DNA of 64,000 nt from Lepidodermella squamata (taxonomy: Eukaryota; Animalia; Gastrotricha): NCBI GenBank assembly GCA_047495785.1, contig JBLDXI010000001.1:2666001-2730000 (forward strand), read 5' to 3'. Of this stretch, positions 13,123 to 26,224 are shown piece after piece. The position numbers were made by a program, and so were the translations under genes. The first letter of the stretch is position 1. Each line of letters opens with the position of its first letter. The notes beneath the pieces are model-generated. The model saw only the letters and a program-made list of their open reading frames with translations. It did no database searches and was not told the origin of the DNA.

Positions 13123-13246
13123 ATAATTTTGTCTTTTAATTGAACTCAGCCTGGTTTCTTTTAGCTTTAAAAATACCGATTTCATGCAATTTATTTGTTG
13201 CATTTTTTTTAGGAGTTTTGATGTGATATTTTAGCAAGCTGAAGTA

Positions 13247-16200
13247 ATGCCGCAGGACACACTGACGGAGACGGGGTCGACCTACCATGCCGGGGTCGGC
13301 CTGATTATGGTGTTCAACCTCATCATTGGAACAGGTTTGTTATGATTTTTCAATGGAAGCGACGCGCCTTTTCTTCAACAAACGTTGAAATATTTATTAC
13401 TCGACAACTCGAGATTACAAGATTAGGATTAGGTAGAATTCTACACATCAGCCTTCGCCAGCTCCTTTAGCTTTTCTTATTGAACTCAAATTATGTCTTA
13501 TGACAAAATTGAAACACATGAATGTGCCTTAATTCACTGCGGGCGAGAAATTGGGCATTGGCGACGCTGCCGCTGAAAATTTGTACAGCGAGTGTCTCTT
13601 TCGTCGGCCACTTGGTGCGAAGATGAAGGCCAACTGCATCTTGTAGATGAACCAATCAACGACGTGAAGCTTTGTAAACCTGGCCACGGTAGGTAAAAAG
13701 TAGAATTCCCCCAAGAGAGCGCGAATTTCATCACAAGCAATGAGTTGCGTCTTGGCCCCAGTACCAACTCGACTCATGCGCAGCTGGAAACGGCGAGAAA
13801 ATTTCGGTCGCAATTTCTTCGAAACCTTCCATGGTCTTTACATTCGGCGGGTGGCAGTCGTTGCAATAGCGCGCAACCCTCGCGTTACTAACTCCTGTCG
13901 CATTTCCTTCAGAACTGCTGACTGAATCGGTTCGCACGTTGATTCTAACAACAAGGGGCAAACCGGGTATGAGAGGCAAACAAGAAGAGCCCGATAACGA
14001 GAAAAGCCAGTTTCGAATTCAGAACTGTCGTGTAAAATAGACTGTGTCTTTTGTTCTGACGAACAATGTTTTGGTCCATCAGGTTCGAGCGCGTTTCTGT
14101 CGATACGCGCGTGTTGTTTTGTTGATGATTCTGCGCGTCACCAACCTGGCGTATTGGTTGAAGTCATCCGTGTCATGAGCCGAAGTCCCCGCTCTTTGTT
14201 TAAAGCGACCGAAAAAATGTAGAATTTCTGACCTATCATCGCATATTTGAAGGCATATTTGCTGTTTTGCTGTTGCTAGCCGCCAACTGATTACCTTGAA
14301 AAATAGCCATTGGAATTGCTTCTATCGGACTAGGCGGTATTACGGCCAATGACTGGTTCGGCTGGTTTAGAAGTTCTTATAAATTTGTTCCAACTTCGAG
14401 CCCAAAACGACTACTGAGCTCATGTCCTTGTCTCGTGAGCTGTACCTAGTATTAATCCTCAAAGGGCGAGGTAGTAGTGATTGAAGGATTTAAAATGTGT
14501 TTGGATTTTACGATATTGGGTGGCTCTTTGGTACAATATTCAAGATTTCGAGCCAGCATTGGTTGAAACCAACAAAGCAAATGCTTATTCTAATTTCCTT
14601 ATCCGTAAACTAATTCACTAATTTTTTCATCTTTATTAGGTGCTTTGGCGCTCCCGTATGCTTTTAAGGAAGCTGGCTACGTAATCAGCGCAATTATGCT
14701 ATGCCTAATCGCTCTGATCGCATACGTCACCGCAACTTACGTCGTCGAAGCCATGGCGATCGGAAATGCGGTCATCTACCTGCGAAAGCGTCGCGAGGAG
14801 GCCGCGCGAGAAGACGGCGGCACCGGCGTTAAGGCGGGCGATGAAAGCGACCCGGAGCTGGTCGACGAGCGAAGCCCGATGCGGCGAACTTCCTCGGCAG
14901 TTAGCGACCCGCGCCCCTTGGAAGATCCGGCCAGCGCATGGACCCCATTTGAAATTCGCAGTCGAGTCGAACTCGGGCGGTTATCGACCATTTTCTTCGG
15001 CCGCGTCGGCCAGGCGCTTTTCTACCTATCGATGGCTGTTTATTTATACGGAGATTTAGCGATTTATGCGACTGCTGTACCTACGTCTCTGCTCAGGGTG
15101 ACTTGCTCGTGGACTGGTGACAATTCGTCATCATCTGGCAATTGCTCAACTAGTTCGGCTGATGCCAACCTGACAATGAGCGACCCGTGTTGGGAGGGTG
15201 TCTACTTGAGCCGGTTCGACGTGTATCGCATCTATGTTGCGGCTTTCACGCTATGCCTCGGGCCATTTGCGTTTTTCAATGTTCAGAAGACTATGTTGAT
15301 TCAAATCGCTACGACTGTGCTGAGGTGGGCATCCCTTCTGGCAATGATCTCATTGGCCTGTTTGGTTCTCACTTCACCGGGAGGTGGTCATGGAAAACCG
15401 GTTGCAGGTAATTTTCTTTCATTTTCTAACAGTGATAACCATGCTGTCGAGGGCTCCAAACTCGACCAGTTGGAGCAGGGCTTCTCAACAACAGCCACCC
15501 CAAAATCTAAATTTTTAGCGGGCTGCAACCCCTATAGCGAAATTTGCTATTTTTTATCGCTTATCAGTGTGGGAAACGATGCTCAAAAGTTTGAAATTCT
15601 GCATCAAAACTATAAAATAGTACCCAATTTCCATCAATTTTCGCTATAATTTCTTCAGCCTATATCCCTGAACCCTGAACTGGGCTCTTGACCGCATTTT
15701 CAATCGGCTTTTAGTTCGCTTACTAAAGTTGAATGTGAGCTTTAGCTGACGCTTGTTTAGAGATTTATTGTGGAAGATTGTCTTGAAATGATCTAAATCT
15801 TTTCAATTTTCACGATCTATATATATAAAAATCATTAGGCGATCCCCAGCTGACTCGGTGACCCACGGAAAACGGGCCTGCGACCCCCAGTTTGAGAAGC
15901 CCTGAGTTGGGATGATTTTTTTCCATTTTTTTTCCTTGCGGGATTTTTCGGTTTTGAAGAATAGTAGAAATTTTTTAGATTTTCGGCAAGTTATCGTTGA
16001 GACGTTGCACCGGGACGGTGTCAAGGCAGATCTAGGCTCAGCCTCCATAAAGGCAAAGCCGGATAATCCTGGAAGACCAATATGAGCCAATTGCGCTCGG
16101 TAATCAAGGGCTTCAATCATAACATAACATAACATTACATTATCGTTATTTTATATTTTCCTTCTTTTACATATTATATGATACAAAACAAGGATTAACA

Positions 16201-19200
16201 ACAAGGAATAGCGAATAGGAAGGAAAAATTATAAAATAAAAATACCCCGGTGTGCCCAGCGGGGTTTCAATCAGGTAATTTCAGGGTTTACGGCGGAGGC
16301 TCACATAAAAATGCATGAATCGTACCGTAGGGAGGGTAATTTTGGACAGTTTTTCGAGGATTAAAAAATCAGTCCTAAATCAGAAACCGATGGTATTCGT
16401 TACTAATATCCATAGAAGTCATTTGTAAATGTTCGCAACGGTAATGCGAACGCGATTATCAGTCTAATCGAAAAAGATGAGGGAGCCAGAGTCGCAGCGA
16501 CCGCAGGTAAGCTGAAATCTTGGGAGACGATGCAGGTAAAAGCGGCTGATATATACGCAGCTGCCTCGATTAAAACACAGCCGATGGCGCGGAAGCGTCC
16601 TTTTGTGACATGAAAATGACAGCATGGTACGAACTTGCCCAGTATCGCCGGTGATTGAGCGTAGGACAAAGACGCCATAGTTGCGAGCTTAATATTCCAC
16701 GAACTCCTTGTTGCAAGTGGCTAACTGAGCCTATGAGCTATTATGGTCAAAAACGAGCTTTTGTTGCTACTTCCTACCGAGGTAGGACTTTCGAGAATCT
16801 GTCGCTCATGTTGAGGCGGACCAGCAACGAACGTTCGATGATATCAATAGGAAAATATGTTGTCCCAAAATGAGGAATGATATGGTGATTGAAAATAGCT
16901 AGATGTTCATAGTTAGCCTACGGCTGAGGCTTGCATGGGACTGAAGGAATATGTAGCACTGCTAGGTTCCGTCAGGGTGACGCTGCCGGCTGTGGTAACG
17001 GTGGGCGTTTTCACGGGGCAGAAATTGCAATTCATGTGCTGTCTCACACAACGCAAAATGTATTCATATGAAAAATTGATTTTTGATTTTATGGCGATTC
17101 ACGGCAGCCTGTTGTACGAGATTGAAGAGTTCTCGATCAAGGCGTACGTTTTGGTTTCGGATGACTTGGTGGCCATTCTCTAGACGATGTAGAACGCTTT
17201 CCGTTCATTGAGCCTGCAGCCAGATACAATCGGAAATACTGCGAGACATGGTCAGTAACGTTGTTTCTGCGAATTATTCGTGCGGTGGTTTCCAATCGGA
17301 GAAACGCTATTAGATTTTGGAAATAAGTTCGATCTTCGTTGGCTATTCGTAGCTGAGTTAGTAGTTCCGCCGAAAAATACCAAAAAATAAACAATGTTTT
17401 TTATTACGGTGTGGCTATTGGCACATAATTATGTGCCTCTTATTGGCTATTGGCACATACATTATGTGCCCCTTAATGGCTATTGGCACATAACATTTTT
17501 CATTCAACTGCTTTTTTGGGGAGTTTAATTCCCAGATAACAGCATTTCAACGTTGCATTAGCAATCTAAGGGCGGCGAATTCACTGGAATCGTCGGATTT
17601 CACGTAACTGTGCGATAGACTTCAGATACTCTACTTGGGCTACCCATTAGATGACGGATACCCCGATTTGCGGGCCCATGACTGCAATTTCGATATCGCC
17701 ATTCGATTCCCCGTTGACGAAAACCCTAATATCAATACTCGTTGAACATTTCGATGCGTGACTTTCTAAAACATCGAAAATTGAAATTAGCGTTATGTGC
17801 CAATAGCCATTAAGAGGCACATAATGTATGTGCCAATAGCCAATAAGAGGCACATAATTATGTGCCAATAGCAACACCCTTTTTATTAAAATCAGAATTT
17901 AATGTTACATAAAACATTTTGCTAGTTTTTATGCTAATAATATCATTTTTCCTTAATTTTAGGAGAAATCGGCGGAGTGCCACAGCTGTTTGGTTCAGCT
18001 GTCTACGCGTTCATGTGTCACCACAGCTTGCCGTCTCTTATCACGCCTATCCGTCAGAAGCGCCAGGTGAACATGCTACTGGCCGGAGATTTCATCGTCG
18101 TGCTGCTGTTCTACTTACTTCTGGCAATAACCGGCATTTTCGCCTTCGACCACATCGAAAGTTTATATACGCTCAACTTCCGGCCTGGCTTCTGCGACAG
18201 CGGCCCGAACCCCGCGCCCGCCACTGCCCTCGTTCCGTTGCAATATTTTATCGCCCTGTTTCCGGTCTTCACAATAAGTGCTAGTTTCCCGATTATTGCT
18301 ATCACGCTGCGGAACAATATTCACGCGTTTGTGCTGGCGTTGATCTCAACATTTCGAAGGCGGAGAAACCGCGGTGAAGGATCGTTGCTTATCGAACACG
18401 CTGATTATGGAACTGGGGTAAGTGTTTTTTATTTGACCCTTACTGTTATCGTTACTATTGATATGGAATGCCGCAATCGGTTCAAAATTTTGTAAATTTC
18501 GAGATGTGCTCTTAAAAATTTATTTGTGCTCATCCGAATTTTCCGATTTTGACCAAAAATACTTCGGCTCCTGAGCTTTCCAACATTTCTTATGTTATTG
18601 ATTTTGAAAAATCTTCGAAGCTCAGAAAGGTTAGTTGGGACCTATGAAAGGATGGGCAAATTATTTAGATTTACGGGAACTGGAAATCGTGAAGGAAATA
18701 TAAGGAGACGGACGACCCATTTATGCTGCTAAACAAATAAAGAAGGTTGGGATTTAGGATACATTATTTTTGACGGTAATGCCCTAAGTCATTTACCTAG
18801 TTTTCTCGAGATTTCCTAAAATGTCTGGGGAATTGGACTAGGTAGAGAAGCGTGTCAGTCGAAGAGTTAGTTGCTCGAGTTCTTAAAATACCGTAAATAC
18901 CGAAATATGAGGCGGGGCCGAAACAAAGGGCAGAACCTGAATAGCTGCAGGACGTTCGGAAAACTATATATAGGACAGCCAAAATAGAGGGCCTATCAAT
19001 ATCAATGCCACAGCGCTGTTTACAGATATGCTTTAAAATCAAGATTTTCTTAAATTTATCGACAAATAAAAATGGGAAAGAGAATAACTGAGGCTCAAAC
19101 ACCCATTGAAACCGATAAGAGCTCCACTTTTGCTGCCATTTTCCATGCAGACCCTGAGGACTGGGGTTGCCGGGCGTTTGAAAAAAAATAGGAGACAATG

Positions 19201-19696
19201 CCTTATTATTCGGTATTTAAGGAACCTTTTTTTTAATACCGAATGCTCTAGTCCTTTACTAATAATTTTGATTTTATTTATGTAATTTCAGACTACTGAT
19301 GCCTTGGCAAGCCCCGGCGATCTGCCCCCGCCAACTCTGCGCCCACCAGACCGCCACAAGTTGCCATTCTACGTCGAACGAATCATTCTACCCCTCGTCG
19401 CTCTGCTGCCTCCGGTCGCCCTGGCCCTAATCACCGACAATGTGTCGCTGTTGGTCGGCATAACCGGCTCTTATGCCGGCGCGTTTGTTCAATACCTGAT
19501 ACCAGCTGCTTTGGTGTATTTCGGCCGGAAACGACTGGCGGAGCTGGTTAAAGTTCTGCCCAGCGCAGCGAATGTCGCCGCGAAAAACCCGCATCAATCA
19601 CCCTTCGGCCACATCGTATGGCTGATTCTTGTCTGTGCCTGGGCATTGGTTGCTATCGGTCTCGTCACGGTCGATCATATTATCACTGGAAAATAA
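13247..19696 (+). CDS. TMEM104: Transmembrane protein 104 (SLC38-like amino acid transporter); exons 13247-13334, 14640-15407, 17963-18417, 19292-19696
   Basis: LTETGSTY...FNLIIGTG|ALALPYAF, YVVEAMAIGNA, YLYGDLAIYA, GPFAFFNVQKT, VYAFMCHHSLPSLITPI, LVGITGSYAG are TMEM104 signature motifs. Joins are in frame. Confidence 0.93.
15476..15904. mobile_element. Non-autonomous hAT (Charlie-like) MITE
   Basis: Perfect 13-bp TIR CAGGGCTTCTCAA / TTGAGAAGCCCTG. Imperfect 8-bp flanks AGTTGGAG / AGTTGGGA. GCGACCCCCAG subterminal motif. Confidence 0.8.
16000..16143 (+). mobile_element. Possible 3' end of a non-LTR retroelement with (CATAA)n tail
   Basis: GC-balanced segment ending in CATAACATAACATAACATTACATTA. 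No TSD identified. Confidence 0.35.
16400..17395 (-). mobile_element. Possible highly decayed LINE fragment (end of APE endonuclease and downstream)
   Basis: TARIIRRNNVTDHVSQYF resembles the endonuclease 'SGIIxxDISDHxPIF' motif. The rest is heavily interrupted. Confidence 0.35.
17407..17879. mobile_element. Foldback/Mutator-like MITE with ~85-bp modular TIRs and 9-bp TSD
   Basis: TTTTTATTA flanks both sides (17398-17406 and 17880-17888). The TIRs are built from repeated GGCTATTGGCACATA units and the palindrome GGCACATAATTATGTGCC, mirrored at both ends. Confidence 0.88.
18800..19198 (-). mobile_element. Decayed LINE ORF2 fragment (post-RT region, I/Jockey-like) in TMEM104 intron 3
   Basis: VFEPQLFSFP...DKFKKILILKHICKQRCG...ILAVLYIVFRTSCSYSGSA resembles 'IFDSKLxF.PHI...KxLNILKxL...WG.D...LLxLY...IRSxLDYG'. 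Confidence 0.5.
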
Positions 19697-20127
19697 TAAT
19701 TCGCTAGCTTTGAATAAAAAATCAATTAATTTTAATTACGAATTTAATTTCAGTATTTCTATTAATGATCTTCGAGCTTTCAATTAAAATATTACAACAA
19801 ATCGCAGCGCTGGATAATTTTTAAAAATGTTTGCAATTACTACAATAAACCATGGCTGTGAATTCGATTATAAACGCGAGCTCTTTGAAGATGCACACTG
19901 CTTGTTTTTTCGCTTTAGTTTGTTATGATTCGCTCGCTGTCCTCGATTTTCGTCGAAAATCTTTGTCTTGAAAAAGTTGGGAAAATAAAACAACGAATGT
20001 TATGGAGCTTCTTGCCTTTTTGTTATCGCATTTAGACTGATAAAAGTGGTCTTATCCGCTTTTTGGCTAACAAAGGTCATGATTTAATACGGCAGTTCAT
20101 TCCTGTAGTTTTGGGCTTGAAAAATCA

Positions 20128-21615
20128 ATGTTGTCCTCCTCAGCTTCATCGACAAATCATCAGGCAGATGATTCAGAAAAGCAGTACCATGGCTATAAGA
20201 TGCGCTGGTACATTCTTGGCCTGTACTTCATGATGGCATTCTGGCAGTCAGCCACATCCTCCTGCTTCGGCCCGATCGCGCCCGAAATAAATCCAGCTTT
20301 CGGCTTCACCCAACTCGATTTCGCGTTGTTCACAAATTATTTCAACATCGGATTCGTACTTCTCTTCGTCATCTTCGTTTGGCTTATCGAGAATAAGGGT
20401 CTCAGGGTGGCTGTAGTCATAACTGCCGCAATCGTAGCAATAGGATCTAGCATTCGATGCCTTCATATCGGCAACCCTGTATTCGATAAATTCTTCATCC
20501 ACCTCGGCCTGGCTATCATCGGACTTGCAAGCTCTGTTTCCTGGTTCGCCTGCACCACAGTCAGTGCAGTTTGGTTCCCGCCGCATGAGCGTAATATGGT
20601 AACTGCGATTTGCCTAACAGCGGGTAGTCTCGCGGCAACTTTCATGTTCGGTGTCGCGCCGGCTTTTCTTCACGCTTTCGAAGGCTCAGGATCACCGGAG
20701 GAAATACGAGCGGCAACTTATAAATTTCTGTATTTCCAAGCCGTTGTCGCGAATTTAATCCTTCTCGCGATTGTTTTACACTTCCCGTCCAAACCGCCGA
20801 CCCCTCCATCGCCATCAGCAGCTGTTGCTAGGATGCAGCTGAAAGACGGGGTGATCCATTTCGTGAAAAATCCGAATGCGCTACTGATGTTTGGTGCCAA
20901 TATTTGCGGCAATATTATCTCGACCTGGGCAGTTTATTTGCGTGAGTTGACGTAAACATTGCTTTATATCAAGAACCTCAAATTTCGCCCGTGAACAGCG
21001 CAAATTGTTGAAAATTACATGAGTGATACCGAAACTGGTTTGCTCGGTTTTGCTATGGGCCTAGCGACTATAGCGGCCACATATGGCAGCGCCGCGATTT
21101 TGTCTTTCCCGAGATTCGCCCCGAAATCTCGCCTAGCCGCAATTATTCTCGTATTTCTCGGTACTGCATGCCTGGTCCCGTTTGTATTCAGCCTTAACAT
21201 AACATCTCAAACATTTCTTACTCCGAGCAAAGTAAATTTTTGCATCATGAAATTTCCTGGAATTTATTTGTCTAATTAATAGCCTTTGATTTGGGCGACA
21301 ATTTTGGTTGGAATTCCGTTGGCTTCAGCGACGCAACCGGTTTGGTGGGAAATGACGTGTGACTGCATGTACCCGGTACCTGAGAGCGTAGTTGCAAGTA
21401 TTTTCAGTTTCGGCGCCTGCTTTTTTACCGTCATTTTACTCGTAATTATGATGTTCAACCAACTTGGCTTTATGTGGTTCAACTGGGTCTTGTTGGCATC
21501 TCAAGCCGCTATCGTACCTATGCTGATTTTCTACCGGCATAACGGGAAAAGAAGTACAGTCGATGAAAATGAGAACCAAATTAAACCTGATAATAATTAT
21601 CGTCCTTTGAATTAA
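20128..21615 (+). CDS. SLC49A4/DIRC2-like MFS transporter, copy 1 (introns 20942-20998, 21232-21282)
   Basis: YKMRWYIL, KGLR, IRC, SAVWFPPHER, FPSKPPTPPS and QPVWWEMTCDCMYPVPE motifs. Spliced frame is intact. Confidence 0.9.
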
Positions 21616-21837
21616 ATTTTATAATTATTATTGTTGGAAAAAATAAAGCTATGCTATTTTCACGCTGCAATCTAGGATGGTGCGTTATCTTTAGACGAGT
21701 CACGGGTACATTTTTTATCTAGAATTCCGTTTTTCGCGCCTAATGGCCCAGCCTGGAACTAAAAAGGGCAAAAAGCAAGTCGATAAAGTCTCGCATTCTG
21801 TTATACCCATTGTTTTGTTGCTGCTCATGAAATCATC

Positions 21838-23444
21838 ATGGCTGACGGGAAAAGAGTTGAAAAATTTGCGTCAGAATTTCCCGGCGACCTGCCGGAACTT
21901 AAAGTTGACCGATCGTACTCGGCAACAGCGTCGGAAAGTGGCAGCCATGCGCATTTTAAAGTCTACAGAACCCGGTGGTACATCCTGGCAATGTTCGGAA
22001 TCGTCGGAATTTTACAAAATATGGTTTACAGCACCTACAGCTCAATCGCGGTTTCAGCGAAATTAGCCCTGGAAATTACTGATACCGGTAATAAAAAAAA
22101 ATCAATTTTTTTCTCTAAAACCCATAAAATCCGTTTAGATTTTGCGTTGCTGACGAACTGGTACAACGTGAGCTTTTTGTTATCGGCCATTCCTTATATT
22201 TACATGGTCGAGGTGAAAGGGCTTCGAATGCCTATGACGACGACTATGAGCTTCATCGCTATCGGAGCGGCTGTAAGGTGTCTACACACCGGCGATAAAC
22301 AATTTGACAAAACGTTTTTACACCTCGGTCAAATTATTAATGGACTCGGAGCAGCTGTTCCGTGGTTTGCATGTACGACTATTAGTGCGGTTTGGTTTCC
22401 GCCCGATCAGAGAAATCTCGCGACAGCCATCGGCCTATTCACCGGCGGAATGGGTTCCTCTATCGCCTATATAATAGGCCCGGCCTTTCTCAACATTTAC
22501 CAGGGCTCCGGGAGTGTTGAAGAAACATACGACGCAATTTATAAGCTGTTCTACTTCGAAGCCTTGTTTTGTAACGGACTTCTATTTTTGACCATGGTTT
22601 ACTTCCCGTCGAAACCTCCAGAGCCGCCTTCGGTCACGGCGACGATTGAAAGAACGTCCTATATTGAAGGAATTCAGTTATTCGTGAAAAATCGATCAGC
22701 TTGGTTGATGTTTACAGTCTATATCCTAAACACGGTGATATCAACCTGGATTCAATACATAAGTATATTTTTTTAAATATTTTTCAATTTTTAAAATAAT
22801 TTTTTAGCTCAAATGGTCAATAGTCAAATGGATGAGACAGAGGCCGGGTGGTTGGGATTTACCATGACGGCGACTTCGATTCTTGCCGGGCCTATCCTGG
22901 CGGCTATTCTCAGCATCAAATTCTTGTCGCCTCACGCGCGACCAATCTCAATCATTTTGATACTAGCAGCTTGCGGCTGTTTCGGTCTCTTCATCGCAGC
23001 TGCTAATATTCCAGATCTGAATACTCTTCTCTTCAAACCGGTGCGCCTTTAAATTCAAAGAATTTTTAAAATTTGTTACGGAATTTTTTTATTCAGCCTT
23101 TGATCTGGGGCACCTTGGCCCCTTCGATAGCCCTAGCAACTGCTGCTCAGCCGATTTGGTGGGAAATGGCCTGCGATTGTTCGTACCCGGTCGCAGAATC
23201 TGTCGTTTCCGGCATTTTCAGCTTCGGCTCATGTGCAGTTTCGCTAGTCATTCTTTTCATTCTTATGATACCTGGCATTGGCTATTTATGGCTGAATTGG
23301 TTTATGCTAGGCTCGCAACTGCTTATTATTCCTCTTCTTCTCCTTTACCGGCACGATGGTCATCGATCTGCTGCTGATTTAGAGGGAGAAAGCCATGTTG
23401 ACTCAGACTCGCATTATCAAGACCAAATAGCTATTATCAATTGA
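21838..23444 (+). CDS. SLC49A4/DIRC2-like MFS transporter, copy 2 (introns 22088-22138, 22763-22807, 23041-23096)
   Basis: VYRTRWYIL, HLGQIINGLG, WFPPDQR, FPSKPPEPPS, EAGWLGF, QPIWWEMACDCSYP. Confidence 0.9.
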
Positions 23445-23669
23445 ATTTATGAGAATTATAATAAAGCAGATTTTTTCCATCTTTTCACCCGGTGTGTTTA
23501 GAGATAACAAAAATTCCCGTATCTCTTTAGAGCTCCGGTTTTTGCTGAGATAAAATTACAGCTGTAAAACGGAAACACCAGGCTGCACTGTTTTTTATAT
23601 AGAGGTCATAATTGACAAGTTAAAACGCTCTATGAAAATTTCGGCTGTCGTAGTTGAACCGAGCGTTTT

Positions 23670-25432
23670 ATGGCGGAAGAGTACTGCCTAAGCGAAACCC
23701 CACACAGTCTTGTTATGGATGTCGACGACCCTGGCTATGGGATTAGCTACGACCCAACAGCCCCGCGAGTTGTACGAAAACTGACCTTGGATGTCGACTT
23801 TCAAGTTTTCCCCGAAATCGGCGTTCCATCGACGTTAATCAATGATAATCTAGAGACCATCAGCCAGCAAGATAATGACATCCACAGTGACATTCATTAC
23901 GACATTAAAGAGGCGGAACATTACAAGGTCTACAGCACAAGGTGGTACATTTTGGCGATTTTCGCTGTTGTCGGAATCTGGCAAAATTTAGTCTACAGCA
24001 CTTTTGGGCCCATTTCAGACTCAGCTACTATTGCTTTGGAACTTACACAGACAGGTGAGAAATTAAATTTTCAAATTAAAATAAAAAAAATCTCATTAAT
24101 TTCAGATCTTGCTTTGCTGCCCAACTGGTACAACATCGCTTATGTCCTAAGTGCCTTTCCTTTCGTCTACATGGTCGAGGTTAAAGGCCTCCGGATGCCA
24201 ATGACTGCAACAATGGCTTTCTGTGCTGTTGGCGGATCCATTCGATGCCTTCACACCGGTAATCGAAGCTTCGACAAAGTTTTCCTACACCTCGGCCAGC
24301 TGATCAACGGATTCGGCGCTGCTGTACCCTGGTTTGCCTGCACAACTATCAGCGCAGTTTGGTTTCCACCCGGTCAAAGGTATTTCCGGCTAAATAAACT
24401 CCTTAAAAATGATAAATTTTATATCATTTTACAGGAATTTGGCAACTGCCATAGGGCTATTCGCGAGCAATTTAGGCGTGTCTTTGGCCTTCATATTAGG
24501 CCCGTCTTTCATTCAAATTTACAAGGGCGACGGAACGGAAGAGGAGCTGTACCAAGCGATTTATAAGCTTTTCTACTTCGAGGCCATTGTTGGAAACGCG
24601 CTACTTTTCATGACGGTTTTCTACTTCCCGTCAAGGCCGCCAACTCCGCCAAGTTTTACAGCGTCACAAGCTCGATATTCCTACTCGGAAGGCTTCGCTC
24701 AGTTCGCGAAAAATGGTCCGGCTTGGTTCATTCTTGCAATTTACAGCATGAATACTAGTAAATAATTTTAAATTTAATTTTAATTTTTTTTTTTAATATC
24801 GCTGATTTTTTTCAGTTTTTCAAACTTGGAACCAATTTGTGACCATGACCGTGAAGCCTGTTATGGGCGAATTTGAAGCCGGTTGGCTGGGATTTACAAT
24901 GACAACGGTTCCAATAATAATGGGCCCAATTTTGTCAGCATTCATCGCTCTGCCAAAAATTGCCCCTTACGCTAGACAAGTCTCAATTGTACTGCTGTCA
25001 ATGGGAGTATGCCTGATCGCCCTTTTCGTCTGCTCTGTCATGATACCGTCGTTAGAGGACACCTTGCTGAGTCGCGGCATTGTTTGGGGGACAATCATCC
25101 CAGCAGTCACCCTTTCAACAACGCCGCAACCGATTTGGTGGGAAATGGCGTGCGATCGCATGTACCCGGTTCCTGAGTCGATTATTTCGGGAATTTTCAC
25201 AGTCGGCTCGTGTTCAGTATCTCTCATTTTCCTAGTCATCCTGATGTTCCCACAGCTGGGGTTTAAATGGATCAACTGGATTCTACTTTTATTTCAAGCC
25301 GCGATAGTTCCTATGCTGATAATTTACAGGCATAAAAGTAAACGAAACGCAGCCGATCAAGCGAATCGCCCGGCCGAAGTCGACGTAAACAGTCTAAATC
25401 GTTATCAAAGCCTGACAAATTCTACTAGTTAG
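23670..25432 (+). CDS. SLC49A4/DIRC2-like MFS transporter, copy 3, long acidic N-tail (introns 24055-24105, 24380-24434, 24758-24815)
   Basis: VYSTRWYIL, TFGPI, HLGQLING, FPSRPPTPPS, QPIWWEMACDRMYPVPE. Confidence 0.9.
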
Positions 25433-26224
25433 AAAAAAAATCAATATATAGTTCAAAATAAATGCAATTATTTTGGCGTAATAACTTTTTCACGCTTGTT
25501 AAATTGAAATTCGAGATAACGACGCATAATATTATCTCGATAAGTGCTGCTGCTGAAAGCTTAGAGTGTAATAAGCTGATTTTTTATGAGTTCGCACCAT
25601 ATCCTAGGGAGGGAAAAAAATAGCACTGGCCAATTTTTTCTGACTCGCCAAAGCAGATCATTAGCAGGTTTTTTTTCGTGTTATAAATGTTTTATGTATA
25701 TGGTATAATGAAAGTCGGTGATCTTTCTTTTCTTACAACACACCATAATTTTTATTTCCATAAAAAATGATTAACAGTGCCATAAAATATAACTGCATGG
25801 TAATCACAAGTGCTTAGATTTAATTACGGGCTGCGAGCGGCATGGTGGCGGTAAATATTTGGGCAACACTTTCGCCGCAGCAATAAGCTGTCATTTAGCG
25901 CATGGCTCGGCTTTTTCATCCTCGTCCGTGTAAATAAAATAATATGCGCGGAGGGAGAGAGAAGTCGCTAATTTTTTCTGGGCAAACCGGATTATTAACT
26001 TGAAAAATTCTCCACGTGGCCATGTTTTTTGCAGTGCTCATCTGCTCATTATCTATGTACAAGTCAATCCATATAGCACTACACACACGTTAATTCAAGT
26101 TCTGGGCCTGCGTATTTTCCCTAGAGAAATGCGCAGACATCTTTTCATTCATTCAACATAATACTTTTTTCCTCAGAATTTTAATCAAGTTGAACTGAGA
26201 GCAGCGGACTCGTTTTCTGCCAAG

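Noticed and set aside
13529-13979. Nested antisense gene in TMEM104 intron 1
   Set aside because: Fragmentary ORFs in shifting frames with no recognisable motif or splice structure.
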